Below are positions 37,601 to 50,050 of a stretch of 64,000 bases of DNA, piece by piece. The position numbers and the translations under genes were made by a program. The notes beneath the pieces were generated by a model, which saw nothing but the letters and a program-made list of their open reading frames with translations, ran no database searches and was not told the origin of the DNA. Source of the stretch: Vicugna vicugna (lineage: Eukaryota); assembly GCA_013265495.1 (NCBI GenBank), contig MU057801.1, forward strand, positions 1,109,879 to 1,173,878. Direction: 5' to 3'. The stretch's first letter is position 1. Each line of letters starts with the position of its first letter.

Positions 37601-38568
37601 CAAACTGAGACGGCTTGATGGACGGGCAGAGGGAAGACGTGACTGGGCCGGCGTGGCCCGCACTAACTGGAGCCTCTGACTGGCGGGCACGTGGGGCTCA
37701 CTGGGCGGTGGAGGGGACACCACAGAGACCGCTGTCCTGCTGTGACGAGGCCAGGGATGCGCTAACACTGACTCAATCTGATCAGTTCTCTGTGCTCGTA
37801 GTGCAATAAGGCATCCAGGCTAATTACGTAAGCGTGTGGGGGAAATGCCCGCGTCTGCTCCCCTGGAGTCCAGCTGTCACCGCGACCGGCCAGTGCGGTG
37901 GGCTCCTCGGTCAATGCTCGGGCAGCACCCCGCGGCCGCGCTTCATGACGGCCCCGCAGTCCTGGGCCTGGGCCCTGCCTGGTCCCGTGCAGCCGCTGAG
38001 GCCGTGCTCACTTTCTGTGGTTGGGGAAAGGCCAAGAACAGCGCCGCACGACCCCTGAAGGTTACGTGAGAGTCAGATTTCAGTGTCGCCTGGACTAGGG
38101 TGGTGGTAACACAGCCCCACCTGCCCCTTCCCAGCTCGTCCAGGGCTGGAGGTGTGACAGGGACCGCTTGCCGTCCAGCTCTTCACAGATGCGTCCCCGA
38201 GCTCGGGCAGGGGAGGTGCTCGGACCCCAGGCCCCGCTGACGGCTCTGTCCGCTCCACGGGAAGCTCTCATGCCGCCCTTTGGGCCCCGCCTTGGCCTTC
38301 CACGTTCCGTGTGACGCAGAGGAAGAGGCGTTGACCTGGGAGTTGTGTGTGGTAAAGACCAGCCTTGAACTGCAGTGTCAGGTCGACTCCCAGAGACGCA
38401 GAGACGGTCTCCCGAAGGGAAAAGAAGCCGTTGACCAGGGGAGAGGGCGGCACAGGGAGCGCACGGCAGCACCTTCCACCCTCCGCGCGGCGATCCCGTG
38501 TCTGCTTGTGGGAAGAAGCGTGAACAGCCTGACTGAGCTCATGTGGGAGCCGGGTTTCATCTGACCGA

Positions 38569-38695
38569 GGGGGCAGGTGCAGCTCAGGGGTGGAGCACGT
38601 GCCCAGCGGGCACGAGGTCCTGGGTTCTGTCCCCAGTGCCTTTATTTAAAAAATAAACCTAGTTACTCCCCCCAAAAAAAAGAAAAAGGGAAAAC
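38569..38695 (+). mobile_element. tRNA-derived SINE (camelid-type), diverged
   Basis: gggggcaggtgcagctcaggggtggagcacgtgcccagcgggcacgaggtcctgggttctgtccccag...aaataaacctagttactcccccc plus A tail. Confidence 0.8.
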
Positions 38696-39740
38696 AAGCT
38701 AATTTTTTTTTTAATTGACCAAATGCCTTCAGGCAAGGCCCGTGCACGGTGAGGGCCATCTGTCCACTCCGCACACTCTGAGCACCCACTGCGTGCAAGC
38801 TCGGGCGCCGGGGGGGCTGCGATGCTGCGGTGCTGCTCCTGTGGGACAGATAGCCCGGGGAGGGTCACATGTCAGTGACACAAATGGCTGTGAAACAGCA
38901 ACTTCGATGAGGACTCGGGAGTGAGGCCACACAGGAGGGTCCGACGAGGTCTGGGCATCAGCCTTGGACCCTGTCCAGGATTTAGTTCTTCTGCCAGAAG
39001 CACAGGGGAGGCACTGAAGTGTTGTAAGCGAGGAGGCAGAGTGATGAGATTTGTGTTCCACAAGCCCGCTCTTGCTGCCGAGGGAAAGTGGGTCGCGGGG
39101 ACCAGGGGGACGTGGTGTCACCCGTCAGGGACTGTCAGAACTGTCTGGCGAGAGATGCTGGCTTTGCGAGCGGGTGGGGTGGTGCACAGGGAAGAGGGAG
39201 GACCCTGGGAGGTGCTGGGGGTGGGCAGGGCCTCGGGTGGGGCAGAGGAGTGGCCCGGGGCTTGGGAGGGACTGGAGGGCGGGGGTCTGTCGGCTGAGAC
39301 AGGAGAAGGGCCGTGGTTGGGTGGTGGATGGGCGAGTCAGCCGGGAGGTGCCCTGGTGGCCGAGCAGAGTGAGCAGTGAGCTCTGGGCATGCTGTGCGCT
39401 CAGAGCCAGGGCTAGGGGCCCGGCGTGTGCTCGCCTGCCTCTGTCCCTCTGGGACGTCCTCGCCCGCTGTTACAGCAGAGTCTGGGGTGCCTTGCTTTCT
39501 CCGGGACCCCGAGGCCGCCCCATCCCCACAGAGGTGCACTGCGGGCCCTCCTGGCCGGGCATCTGCAGGAGCCTCCGGCCTCGGGGGTCCTGATGCCCGC
39601 GTGTTGCTTTTAACACCCAGGGGGGAAATGTAGAGTTCCTGGCCAGGTGGTGAGGCGCGTGTGCTGCTCCCCTGCCGCGCTCACGGTGAAGGTGCTAGCC
39701 TGTCTTTTTTCAGGACTCAGGTTGTGTCTTTATTTTACAG

Positions 39741-39784
39741 GCATGAAAACAAGAGGAAACCAACTACCAATTTAAAGTCTAAAG
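39741..39784 (+). CDS. KIZ: KIZ penultimate coding exon, 44 nt
   Basis: tttattttacag|G ... AAAG|gtaaga. (R)HENKRKPTTNLKSK(A), phase 2-1, bridging the flanking exons in frame. Confidence 0.94.
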
Positions 39785-40529
39785 GTAAGAGAGCTAACTG
39801 GAGACCAGACTTTGATTTTGCGTTTTAACTGAAAGAGTGGTTTGTGGTGCGTGGGTCATCTGCACGCTTGTGGGCCGCAGCCTGCCTGTGTCACAGGCCC
39901 TCCAGCTCTCCTGTGGCTGGGCGGTGGCCTCAGAGGGGACAGGGGCTTCTCTGAGCACCGGTCTCCAGGGCCAGGGCTGTCTGAGGATGCTCGGGGCTGT
40001 GGACCACAGTGCAGGGCATCCTGGCCCCCACACCAGTGTGTTCCACCATGAAATGTCTCTCACCTCAGTCCCTGTCCTCCCTGCGAATGCCCCCGAGTAC
40101 CCACTGCTCGTGACCTGCCGGCTCTTGCGGAAAACTCCCCCACCCTCCCCGCTCCCAGCTGCCCTCTCCTGGCTGGACACCCACCTCGGAAGCCCCATTG
40201 TCCTCCCTGCCCGCCCGGGGAAGAACAGCCAGTGCCCCGCCGCCTGCAAGGCCCCTGCCGGCGTCTTGTCCTCTTCGGGTCCAGCCATGGGCGCTTTCCC
40301 ACTGCGCCACACTTGTGCCTCAGTGCCCTTGCTCCTGCTGTTCCTTCTCTGGGACAGCCCTTCCATCCAGGGAGCTCCTCTGCATCCCTCAGAGCCCTCC
40401 TTCCGTCCAGCGCTGGCTCTCCCCGGCTGCGCCTGGTCTCCCTCTCCTCCTGTCTCTTAGATCTTCTTCCCAACCCAGAGCACAGATTTGAGTCAGACAC
40501 CCTGGGGGGACTCCTGGCTTGACCACCCC

Positions 40530-40660
40530 CTGTCGCTGTGATTGTGGCCAGTTACTTAACCTCTCGGCCTCAATTTTCTCAATAAAACAGAGACTTCGTA
40601 CTCACCAGGTTGGGGCAAGGATTAAATGGGGTGTATGAAAAATCACCTCAGAGCTGGGCA
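40530..40660 (+). mobile_element. MIR SINE relic
   Basis: gctgtgattgtggccagttacttaacctctcggcctcaattttctc...aggattaaatgg, MIR core. Confidence 0.65.
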
Positions 40661-41404
40661 GAGCCTGTGGGGCTGCAGTCACGGTGGTCAGTGTCGGACC
40701 GCCAGACCCCAGGCAGCTCAGAGCCCCCAAGGGCTTCCTGTGGCTGAAGGAGCCAGCTCAGCCCTCACGGGCGACCTGGAACCCAGGGAGCTGACCCCTG
40801 CTTGAGAACAACCCCAGCCAACCAGGGCTGGAGCTGGTGGATAAATGGCCCCCTTCCTTCCTCTCCTGCGGGAAGATTTGGGGAGAGTCCGCAGCCTCTC
40901 AGAGCCCCACCCCCACCCCCGCAGGACTGACCCCAGCTGTCCACTGCCTGCCCTGAGAGGGGCCTCTGTCTTCCCCGGGTCCCTATCCCATCATGGGCCC
41001 CAGGATCCCCTCCCAAGTAAACGTGTGTCTGTGGCACCCTCGCTGCTGCACCTCCCCACGACTTCCCTCCTCTCGGCTCTATTGAGGACGGAGGGGCGCA
41101 GTGAGGTGTCCGGGCTGATGGAGCCCCCAGGCCCCCTGCTTCCGAGTCCTGATCATGCCGTAGAGAGTTGAGCAGAAGGGAAAGAACATGCTCTGCCGAG
41201 CATTTTCCGTAACAAGGTGTAGACTACACAAAAATGGGCGCGTTTGTGCAGGGCTGAGCTGTGTTCCAGGCACGTCTGGGCAGGTGCGCCGCGTAGGGGC
41301 CTGGGAGGCCGGGCCAGGCCAGGGCTCCAGTGACCCGGTCGGGCTGCTGAAGCCAAGCTGGCCCACGTGCAGGGATGCTGACCAGTGTCCGGTTCCTCTT
41401 CCAG

Positions 41405-41511
41405 CCTTCTGGGGAGAGTCCGATGACAGCAACTCAGAAATCGAAGCTGCTTTACGTCCAAGAAACCGTGACACACCCACTGACGATTTTGATGATTTTT
41501 ATGACTTATAA
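41405..41511 (+). CDS. KIZ: KIZ terminal coding exon to TAA stop
   Basis: cctcttccag|CC. (A)FWGESDDSNSEIEAALRPRNRDTPTDDFDDFYDL* is the characteristic KIZ C-terminus. Confidence 0.97.
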
Positions 41512-41529
41512 GCTGTAACACCTGTTGGA

Positions 41530-41535
41530 AATAAA
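41530..41535 (+). terminator. Polyadenylation signal AATAAA of KIZ
   Basis: AATAAA begins 19 nt after the stop codon, with GU/U-rich sequence downstream (tgtgtt ~41558; gtgttcttttgtgtttt ~41587). Confidence 0.8.
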
Positions 41536-41749
41536 GCCTTTCAGCAAACTAAAACCCTGTGTTCAGATGGAATGGTCGCCATAAACGTGTTCTTTTGTGT
41601 TTTCTAATTGTTAATTGGGACCATGTTACTATTCCAGTGAAATTTCATGGCATAAATATGAACTGGCACATTTGTTAAATGTTACCAAAAAGCACAAGGA
41701 CGACCAGCCACAGCGCTCATCCATCTTAGGCTGGTTCCTTTGTAGAAAC

Positions 41750-42560
41750 ATTCATATGCAAATTCAGGGCCCAGAATGGCCACAACAGCCCTGAGAAAGC
41801 TGGAGGACTCACACGTGCCCGTTTTGAAACTTACTAAAAGGCCGCCGTGATTGAGAGCATGGTGCCGTGCACACATACATGGATCAGTGAAGCATTACTG
41901 ATTTATATAGAGTCTAGAATTGATCATCCAGAAATCAAGTCTCACATTGATGGTCAATTAATTTTCAATAAGGATGCCAAGGCCATTCAGGGCGGGGAGA
42001 AGTGGTCTCTTCAACAAGTGATGCTGGGGACCCTGGGCGGCCTCGTGCAGAGGAAGGCAGGTGGAGCCCACCTCACACTGCGCTCAGACCGTAACTCAGC
42101 ACATCAAGGACCTCAGTGTAAGAGCTAAGCTGTCAGACTCCTAGAGGGAAACGGGGGGAACCCCTTGTGACCCTGCACTGGGCGGTGGTTTCTCAGCAGA
42201 AACGACACCACTAGCAACAGAGAAAACACTGTCACGTTCCTGAGAACGAAGGAAAGACAGACAGGGTCACAGAGCAGGGGCCCGAAGGAGACGTGACAGC
42301 ACAGTGAAATGTAGAGTCCTGGGTGGGATCCTTGAACCAAAAAATGGACGTTAATGGAAAAGTCGGTGAAACCCAAGTGAGTCTGGAGTTGAGTTGATAG
42401 TAACGTCCAGTGTCGGCTTCTTAGTGTAACACCCCCCAGATGTGCGGGACGAGAAAAACGTGCCTTTAGGGGACGCTGAAACCGGGTGGCACCTGCCACC
42501 TGCACACGGATTCCCCGTGCGCTTTCTGCGGCTGCTCTGTGAACCTGAAGTACGTACACA
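41750..42560 (+). mobile_element. Old L1 fragments (ORF2 3' part and L1MC-like 3' UTR)
   Basis: Translation RIDHPEIKSHIDGQLIFNKDAKAIQGG resembles L1 ORF2p GQLIFDKGAK; followed by cctgggtgggatccttgaacc...ggacgttaatggaaaa 3' UTR phrases. Confidence 0.7.
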
Positions 42561-42814
42561 CACGCGCGCGCAGCTAAAATGGAATGCGTTTTCTTTTTCC
42601 TTTTCGGTTACTTACCCAGTGACCCTGGTTTAAAATTTAAAGAGCTGCTAGAAAATTTCCTTTTACGATACATTGTAGGGAAGAGAAGAGAACTGACTTT
42701 AAAACTCTACTAAGCAAATGGCAGCGCCCAGGGCCGGGCGCCGGGCTGCATGCGGGGGCGCAGCTCCGGGGCCGCAGGGCCCATCTCTCAGGTGAGGGCC
42801 GCACTGCAGCCTGG

Positions 42815-43460
42815 CTTCACCACCTGCGTCTGCCTTTCACTCGGACGACCACCGCACTCGAGACTTCCAACACCAGATTTGGGGGCCAGGGGTTCCCACA
42901 TCAGCCAGCTCTCTGACACCAGCTGCACGTCCCGCCGTTCAGGGCAGTCTGACCCCGGAGTTAGCGCCGACCCCACAGGTTCGCAGCTCAGGCCAGACTG
43001 ACCCCACTCCAGGGGCCCCCAGGTCCCATCTTCTGTGCGACTGGCCCGCAAATGGGTCCCCACCGTCCCTCCTAGGGTTTGATAATTTGCTAGAATGGCT
43101 CATAGGACCCACTGAAACCCCTGCACACGTTCACCACTTAATAATAAAAGGAGATGATCGAGGGCCGAGGTGAGCACGCAGGTACCGGGAAGGGCCCCGC
43201 GGGGCGCTCAGCGCCCAGGAGCCTGCCGGCCACCTCCCCGGTGGCTGCACCCCGGCTTCATCACGCAGGCACGGCCGACTCAGTACCTCCGCTTTCAGCC
43301 CCGTCTGCTCGCCGGAGCCCAGGAGGCCGCGGCTGAGAGTTCCAGGGTCCTGATCACGGCCTGGCCTTCCCAGTGACCGGCCGCACCCTGCAGCTGCCCA
43401 GGAAATTCCCCGGATCTCAGCAGCTTGGTGTCAGGAAACAGAGACCAGTACACGTTTTTC
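42815..43460. mobile_element. MER21-like ERV LTR relic
   Basis: ctctgacaccagctg...ggagttagcgccgaccccacaggtt...ggtttgataatttgctagaatggctca, resembling MER21-family LTRs (recalled). Boundaries approximate. Confidence 0.55.
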
Positions 43461-44179
43461 TACTGTTTGATGCTGGTCTTCAGGCGCACACATCCAGCTT
43501 TCACGGGCTGAGTTAATATGATGAAATCAAGCCCCAGAGCCCAGAGCGCGAAGGATTAAATCCTGGCCATGGGGTGACCGCCTCCCAGCCCCTGCCAACC
43601 GGCGTGCAGACGCGGCTTTACCATCTGCCCCACCAGCAAGGCCTTCCCGACACTTCCCGTGTGCTGGGCACGGGGCTCATCCCCGGGGACACGAGGACGG
43701 ATCTGACCGTCACTCCCCTCCGGTGTCCACACTCCAGCAAAGGAGACAAAGCCTGCAGTGCTCCACGTGGTGGCCACACGCTCTGGTAGCTGCCTGTGCC
43801 CCCAGAGCTCAGGGGCGCCAACAGACCATTCCTCTGGGGCTGCCTTAGGGAAGCCTCGCATGGGAGGTGACATCTGTGCGGGAGAGGGTGGAGCTGGAGG
43901 GAGCAGGAGTCTCTATGGGCAGAGAAGGGACAACTTCAGGGCCCAGAGCCGCAACAGAGCTCATGTCGATGACACGGTCGCTACGTGAAGCTGGTGCAGG
44001 ACACGTGGGCAGGGTGGCAGGGAGAAAGGGGTGGCCGCAGGTCGGCGCCTCCACGGTGTCTGCAAAGACGACGCAGGCCCTCCAGGAAGAGCATGAGAAC
44101 CCGGGAGGGTTTTGATATAAGAGCAACTTCAAAAGCCAGCAGGATGCTGACACCAGCCTGAAAATAATGTGCTTACAGA

Positions 44180-44700
44180 TGCTGTTTACAGTGATAGAAC
44201 TTGCACGTCAAAAATCTTAAAATTTTTAAGAAATTAGTGAAAGATGACATTTTAAACAGCTATTGACGGTAGTGGACTACATGTTCATGGGCAGGAAGAT
44301 TCGATCAGATCACAAATTCTGTCCAGATTGATCCAAAAAGTCAATGCTATTTCAATCAAAATCCCAACAGGTCTTCTTCAGAAACTGACACGCTGGTCAT
44401 TAAATGTTTAAATAAGGGAATTAAAGGTCCAGAAGGGTCAAGACAGCTCTGAAGGACAGGCAGGAGGAGGCCTGGCCACGGCAAACACCAGGATTTATTA
44501 TCAAGACCGTAATCAGGCCTGTGGTCTTGGCCCAGGGATGGAAACGTGGAACAGAACAGAGGCCCCAGAAAAACTCCCAGGCATGAGACCTGGGTCCAGA
44601 CATGTCGTTTCAGAAATCCATGAGGCGGTAACAGACTTTGCAATGAATGGTGCTGGACCCGCTGGCAATCCACATGGCGAAGCACGAAATTAAATGTGTT
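44180..44700 (+). mobile_element. Old L1 ORF2 fragment (L1ME-like)
   Basis: atgttcatgggcaggaagattcg...tcaatgctatttcaatcaaaatcccaacagg...aagaccgtaatcaggcctgtggtcttgg, a degenerate L1 ORF2 C-terminal region. Appears to resume at ~45830. Confidence 0.65.
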
Positions 44701-44987
44701 ATTGGCAATCATAAAATATTTATTTTGCATCAGTTTCTCTCTCAGTGGTTAGTGACATCTGTAGCCACCTTTTGTTTGCTCCTGAGAGAGCATGTCCCAC
44801 ACCTGCTCTGCCAGCCTCGCACCCCCACCCCGGGCTCAGGAGACAGCCTTCCCTCTGCTCCACTGAGACTGAGGTAGAAGCTCTCTTGCTTTCCCCTCCT
44901 GGCCATCTCTTAATACCTGGCATCTTCTCTCTTTCTGGGTTAGAGAAAATAAAGGCCCTTCTCCTTCCCTCACTGTCTTATTCTCTC

Positions 44988-45066
44988 CCACCATCCACCC
45001 ACCCATCGACCCATCCAACCATTCCACCTACCCACCCACCTAATCGTCCGTCCATCCATCCATCCA
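44988..45066 (+). repeat. Degenerate (CCAY)n simple repeat
   Basis: ccaccatccacccacccatcgacccatccaacc...ccatccatccatcca seen directly. Confidence 0.85.
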
Positions 45067-45119
45067 GGGCACATTTAATGCCTTTCCACTTCCTCCAGTA
45101 CCTTTTTTCCTACTTAAAA

Positions 45120-45815
45120 AAAAATTTGATTACATATACTTCAGCTTTATTGTCTTAACCATTTTTAAACGTACAGCTCAGTGGTATCTAATACATTCAT
45201 AATGGTGCACAACCACCTCCACATTTATCCCTGTAAGTGCTGAAACCCTGTTCCCCGTTACATGTCCTCCCTTCCCAGAGCCCCGGCAGCCACCAGCCTG
45301 CTTTCTGTCTCTACAGCTTGACGAGTCTAAGTGCCTCATAGAAGTGGGATCACACAGTATTCGCCTTTTGGCACCTGGCTTATTTCACTCCGTATAACAT
45401 CCTTAACATTCATCCATGTTGCAGCCTGAGTCAGAATGTCCCGTTTCTATGAGGCTGAACAATAGTCCATGGTATGTATGTGCCTCTTTTTGTTTCTCCA
45501 TCATCCATCAATGGACGCTCGGGGTGTGTCCGTGTTTTAGTTACTGTGGATGAAGCCACTGTGAGCGTGAGCGTGAGCAATTCCTCTTTGAGAACTTGCT
45601 TTCAGCCTTGGGGGTAAACGCCCAGAAGTGGGATTGCCGGCTCATGCGGTAACTCTAGTTTTAGTTTTAAAAGGAACCTCCACACTGTTTCTACAGTGGC
45701 TGCACCATTTAACATTCCCACCAGCAGTGCACGAGTGTTTGCATTTCTCCACATTCTCATCAACGTGTTATTTTCTGGGGTTTTTTTCCAGAAGCCATCC
45801 TGGTGGGTATATGGT
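45120..45815 (-). mobile_element. L1MB-like 3' end, antisense
   Basis: ttaaccatttttaaacgtacagctcagtggtatctaatacattcataatgg...ggcttatttcactc...cccagaagtgggattgccggctcatgcggtaactcta...ggaacctccacactgttt. Confidence 0.8.
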
Positions 45816-45829
45816 GGTAAAATTAAATT

Positions 45830-47230
45830 TCTACATCACCCTAAACATGAGGGAAATTCCAGCTGGAATAAAGAGCCAAATGTGAAAAGGAAAACTTAAA
45901 ACTGTTAAAGAAAAAAAAAATAGGCCAAGTGTCTTTAAGACTTCCGGGCAAGGAAGAATTTCTTAACCCACACAGAAGATGCACAAAGTCATAAAGGAAA
46001 ATGCTGGAACATCACGCTGAAATTAAGCTTTTCTGTGTGACGAAGACACTGGCAAGAGGAAAAGACAAAGCGTGGGCCGGAACGTGACACCTGTAGGGTG
46101 CCTGCCCGTCACAGCCCTGCAGCTGGGGTACATAAAGGATCACATGTCAATACGGAAACTAACTCAGAAAAACGAACCAAGGGTCGGAATGAGAAATTCA
46201 CAGAAGAGGTAAGCCGAGTGATCAGTGAGCACCAGAAGGCACACAGACTTAGCAGTGAAGCAAACACTTCTCACGCCCGGCAGCCGAGCCGAGGTTCCAG
46301 GCAGACCGAGTCAGGAAGGACCCGGAGGGAGCAACCTGCACACACTGTGCTGAGCACCTTTGTAATATCAAGCAAGGCTGCAGGTGGCATGTGCCCCGCG
46401 ACCCTGTGATTTCATCTCTGAATGTCTGCTTTCCAGCCACAGCGTCCTACACAGGGATCACCAGGCAGGAGCAACGTATCTGATCCAAACGGAAACTTCG
46501 TATCGATCTGAACACTTGGTAGGAAAGAAAGACTGTGATGTTCCATTAACATGCTGCTTATACGCGGAAATGCACACACTGGGCGTGCTGGGTTAAAATG
46601 TTCCTGAAGTTAATTGCATCGGTTTCTTTTCATGTTTTTTCCTCCCCTCCCCCTTTTTATATTTTTTAATGTGGCTACGAGAACATTTTAAGTGACCTTT
46701 ATGAGCCCAACGTGTGGCTTTATTCTGTCTCTCCTACCAAAGCTGCTGTGGAGCAACTCTGACACAGAGACACGCTCCAAACCTCAGCTGCCGTATTGCT
46801 CGAAATGGTGAACGTTCGGAAACATTAGCACCCGCCCCCAGGAAAGCTGTAAGACGTATGTTGCTGGGGGATTTGTACAGTTAATAAAACACACATGAAA
46901 GCGAAAAGCACGGAACAGTCCAGCGTGTGGCTGATAGAGAGGAAAGGGTTCACATAAAGTGAATGTGCAGAACATGGGCGGAGGGCCCCCGACACCTCCA
47001 GGAGGGCGGCCGGCTCCGGGGTGAGACGGGGACCGCAGGGGGGCGGTTCACACACAGAACACCGACGCCCCAGCGACTGCTTATTCCTTTAGATTAAAAA
47101 TCGAATATTCCAGGCAAGTATGGCTGAGTGTCAACAGCTGCCACTGTTTGTCACATCTGGGCAGTGACTTCATGTTACATCCTTCTCCACACTTTTGTGA
47201 GCTTCACATAGTTTGTAAGTTTTTTAAGAA
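45830..47230 (+). mobile_element. Old L1 (L1ME-like) 3' fragments
   Basis: aaattccagctggaataaagagccaaatgtgaaaagg...ggaagaatttcttaacc...aaattaagcttttctgtgtgacgaagacac, then degenerate 3' UTR phrases. Confidence 0.5.
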
Positions 47231-47552
47231 GCAGGTGGTGAAGTGTTTTGCACCCCAAGCAGCAGAGCACAGACTTGGCTCCGCTGGTCAGTGTCCAGAA
47301 GCCACTGGGGGGTTTCAGACAGGGAAGGAGATTTCCATTTGGATCGAGCACCTTGGCCGCCGCGCTTGAGGCTCATCCAGTTCACCAGCTGATAGAACTC
47401 AAGAGAAATATTTCATTGCTTCGGGCTCACTCGCCCCACGATTTAACAGCTCAGGCTGGGCTGTGTGGTGCTGGCCGGACAAGAGTCAGTCAGTGATGGA
47501 TCAACAGCTGCAGAACAGGTGCCAGGGGCTTGGATGAAATGGTGACAATGGT

Positions 47553-50050
47553 GGGGACATAAAAGCTGGTGGCGGACATCCGGGGAGTATTCATCTACAT
47601 GAGCTTTCCTGGAGGCTGATATCCTGACTGCATCATTAGCACCAGGACCAGGCCCCACCCAACAGCCTGCAGGCTTACCTGCTGGGACCCCTGAGGCCAG
47701 ACAACGTCCTGGGTGGGACCCAGCCCCGTCAGTCAGCAGACAGGCTGCCTAAAGACCTCGGGACAGTTGCCTCTAGTCATGGCCCTGCTCACCCACGGGC
47801 CAGGACCCAGCTCCACCCACCAGAGGCCGGGCGCAGACCCCTCCCACCAGGAAGCCCACAGAAGCCCGCAGACCATCCTCAGGGCCAGGGGGCAGAGCCG
47901 GAAGTGAGAAAACAACAGTCCCGCAGCCTGGGACCGGTCGGCTCCTGGCCCTTGGGTGACAAGAGGGGAGTGTACCTCTGGGACACACAGGACCTCTCAT
48001 AAAGAGGGCCACTTCTCCGAGGTCAAGAAACATAACTAACCCGCCACGTAGTAAACATAAACGTAGAACTTAAGACAAAATGAGGCGGCAGAGGAATTCC
48101 AGACGAAAGAACAAGACGCAAGCCCAGAAGAGCTAAGTGACGTGGAGCCGGGCAGTCTCCCCGAGAGTGAGCTCACAGTGACGATCGTAAGGATGCATCA
48201 AGAACTCGGGGCACGAATGGGTGCAGAGAGCGGTGAGTTAGAAGTTTCAAACAAAGAGTGAAAAATATAAAGATGAACCGAACAGACTTAAAGACGCAAC
48301 AAGTGGAATGAAAATGCACTACAAGGAACCAACAGACGGAGGACGAGGCAGAACAGGCCAGTGGGCTGGTGGACGCAGCGGGGGAGGCCACTGCCGCAGG
48401 GCGGGGTGGGGGGTGAGCGGGAACGGGAAGGCTCAGGAGGGCCCTGGGGCGGCATTAAGTGCACGACACTCGCCTTACAGGGGCCCGGGGGTGGGGGAGG
48501 CTGAGACAATATCTGAAGAGATCACGGCTGGGAACTTCCCCCACCCGGGAAAGGAAACAGCCAAGTCCAGGAGGCACAGAGTCCTGCACAGGACTGATCT
48601 GAAGAGAAGCACACAGAAGCACATAGTCTTCAAATGGGCAAAGGTTAAAGATAAGGAGAAAGTATTAAAATCAGCAAGAGAAAAGCAACAAATAGCATAC
48701 AAGGGAACTCCCACAAGATTATCACAGCTGATTTCTCAGCAAAAATCCTTCAGGGAATGGCAGGAAACTTACAGTGATGAAAGGGAAAAACCTGCCACCA
48801 AGAATGCTCCACCCATTCCCTGACCGGATGCACAAAAATAAACTCAAAATGGATTAAAGACTTAAATGTAAGATCAGATACAACAAAAGTCGTAGAGGAA
48901 AACATGCTCTTGGACACAAATCACAGCAATATATTTTTTGAACCAGCTCCTAGAGTAATGGAAGTAAAAGCAAAAATAAACAAATGGGATCTTATTAAAC
49001 TTAAAAGCTTTTGCACAGCTAAGGACACCATCCACAAAATGAAGACAACCTACAGGATGGGAGAGCATATTTGCAAATGATGCAACCGACAAGGGACCAA
49101 TTTCCAAAATATAAAAACAGCTCATACAACCTAGTATAAAAAAAGCAAGCAACCCGATCAAAAAATGGGCAGAAGACCTAGACATCTCTACAAAGAAGCC
49201 ATTCAGATGGCCAACAAGCACATGAAAAAATGCTCAACATGACTAATGGCTAGAGAAACGCAAATCAAAACTACAGTGAGGTATCACCTCACATCAGTCA
49301 GAATAGCCATCATTAAATAGTCTACAAACTGTTTATCTGGAGAGGGTGTGGAGAAAAAGGAACCCTCCTATATTGTTGGTGGGAAAGTAAACTGGTGCAG
49401 CCACTGTGGAGGACGGTATGGAGGTTCCTTAAAAAACGAAAAATAGACTTACCATGTGATCCAGAAATCCCACTCCTGGGCATATACTTGGAGAAAAATA
49501 TAATTCAAAAAGACACATGTACCCCAATGTTCACAGCAGCACTATTTATAACAGCCAAGACATGGAAACAACCCAAATGTCCAACAGATGACTGGATGAA
49601 GAAGATGTGGTATATATACACACAATGGACTATTATTCAGCCATAAAAAAGGAATGAAACAATGCCATTTCATCATACTAAGTGAAGTCAGACAGAGAAA
49701 GACAAATCTCATGTGATATCACTTATATGTAGAATCTAAAAAATGACACAAATGAACTTATTTACAAAACAGAAAGAGACTCACAGACAGAAAATAAATT
49801 TATGGTTAACAGGGGAGAAAGGGGAGAGGGAAGGATAAATTGGGAGTTTGGGATTGGCAGATACAAACTACTATGCACCGAATAAACAACAAGTTCCCAC
49901 TGTAGAGCACAGGGAACTATTTTCAACGGCTTGTGATGAAAAAGAATATACATGTGAGTGTGTGCATGTTTAACTGAGTCACCATGCTGCACACCAGAAA
50001 CCAATCCCACACTGTGCATCAACTATTCTCAATTTTAAGAAAAAAGTTTC
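47553..50050 (+). mobile_element. L1 copy A: partial 5' UTR, ORF1, ~3-kb internal deletion, ORF2 C-terminus and 3' UTR
   Basis: 47553-48070 aligns by eye with 54927-55470. ORF1 remnant KDKEKVLKSAREKQQIAYKGTPTRLS. At ~48815 it jumps to cacaaaaataaactcaaaatggattaaagac (ORF2 end), followed by [13 protein letters not shown] and an A-rich tail. Confidence 0.9.

Noticed and set aside
36468..40522. Dense overlapping 100-236 aa ORFs on both strands
   Set aside because: High GC content depletes stop codons; only the 44-nt KIZ exon is supported.
41188..41404. ORF extension upstream of the last KIZ exon
   Set aside because: KIZ similarity begins only at the acceptor at 41405; the upstream part is open intron sequence.
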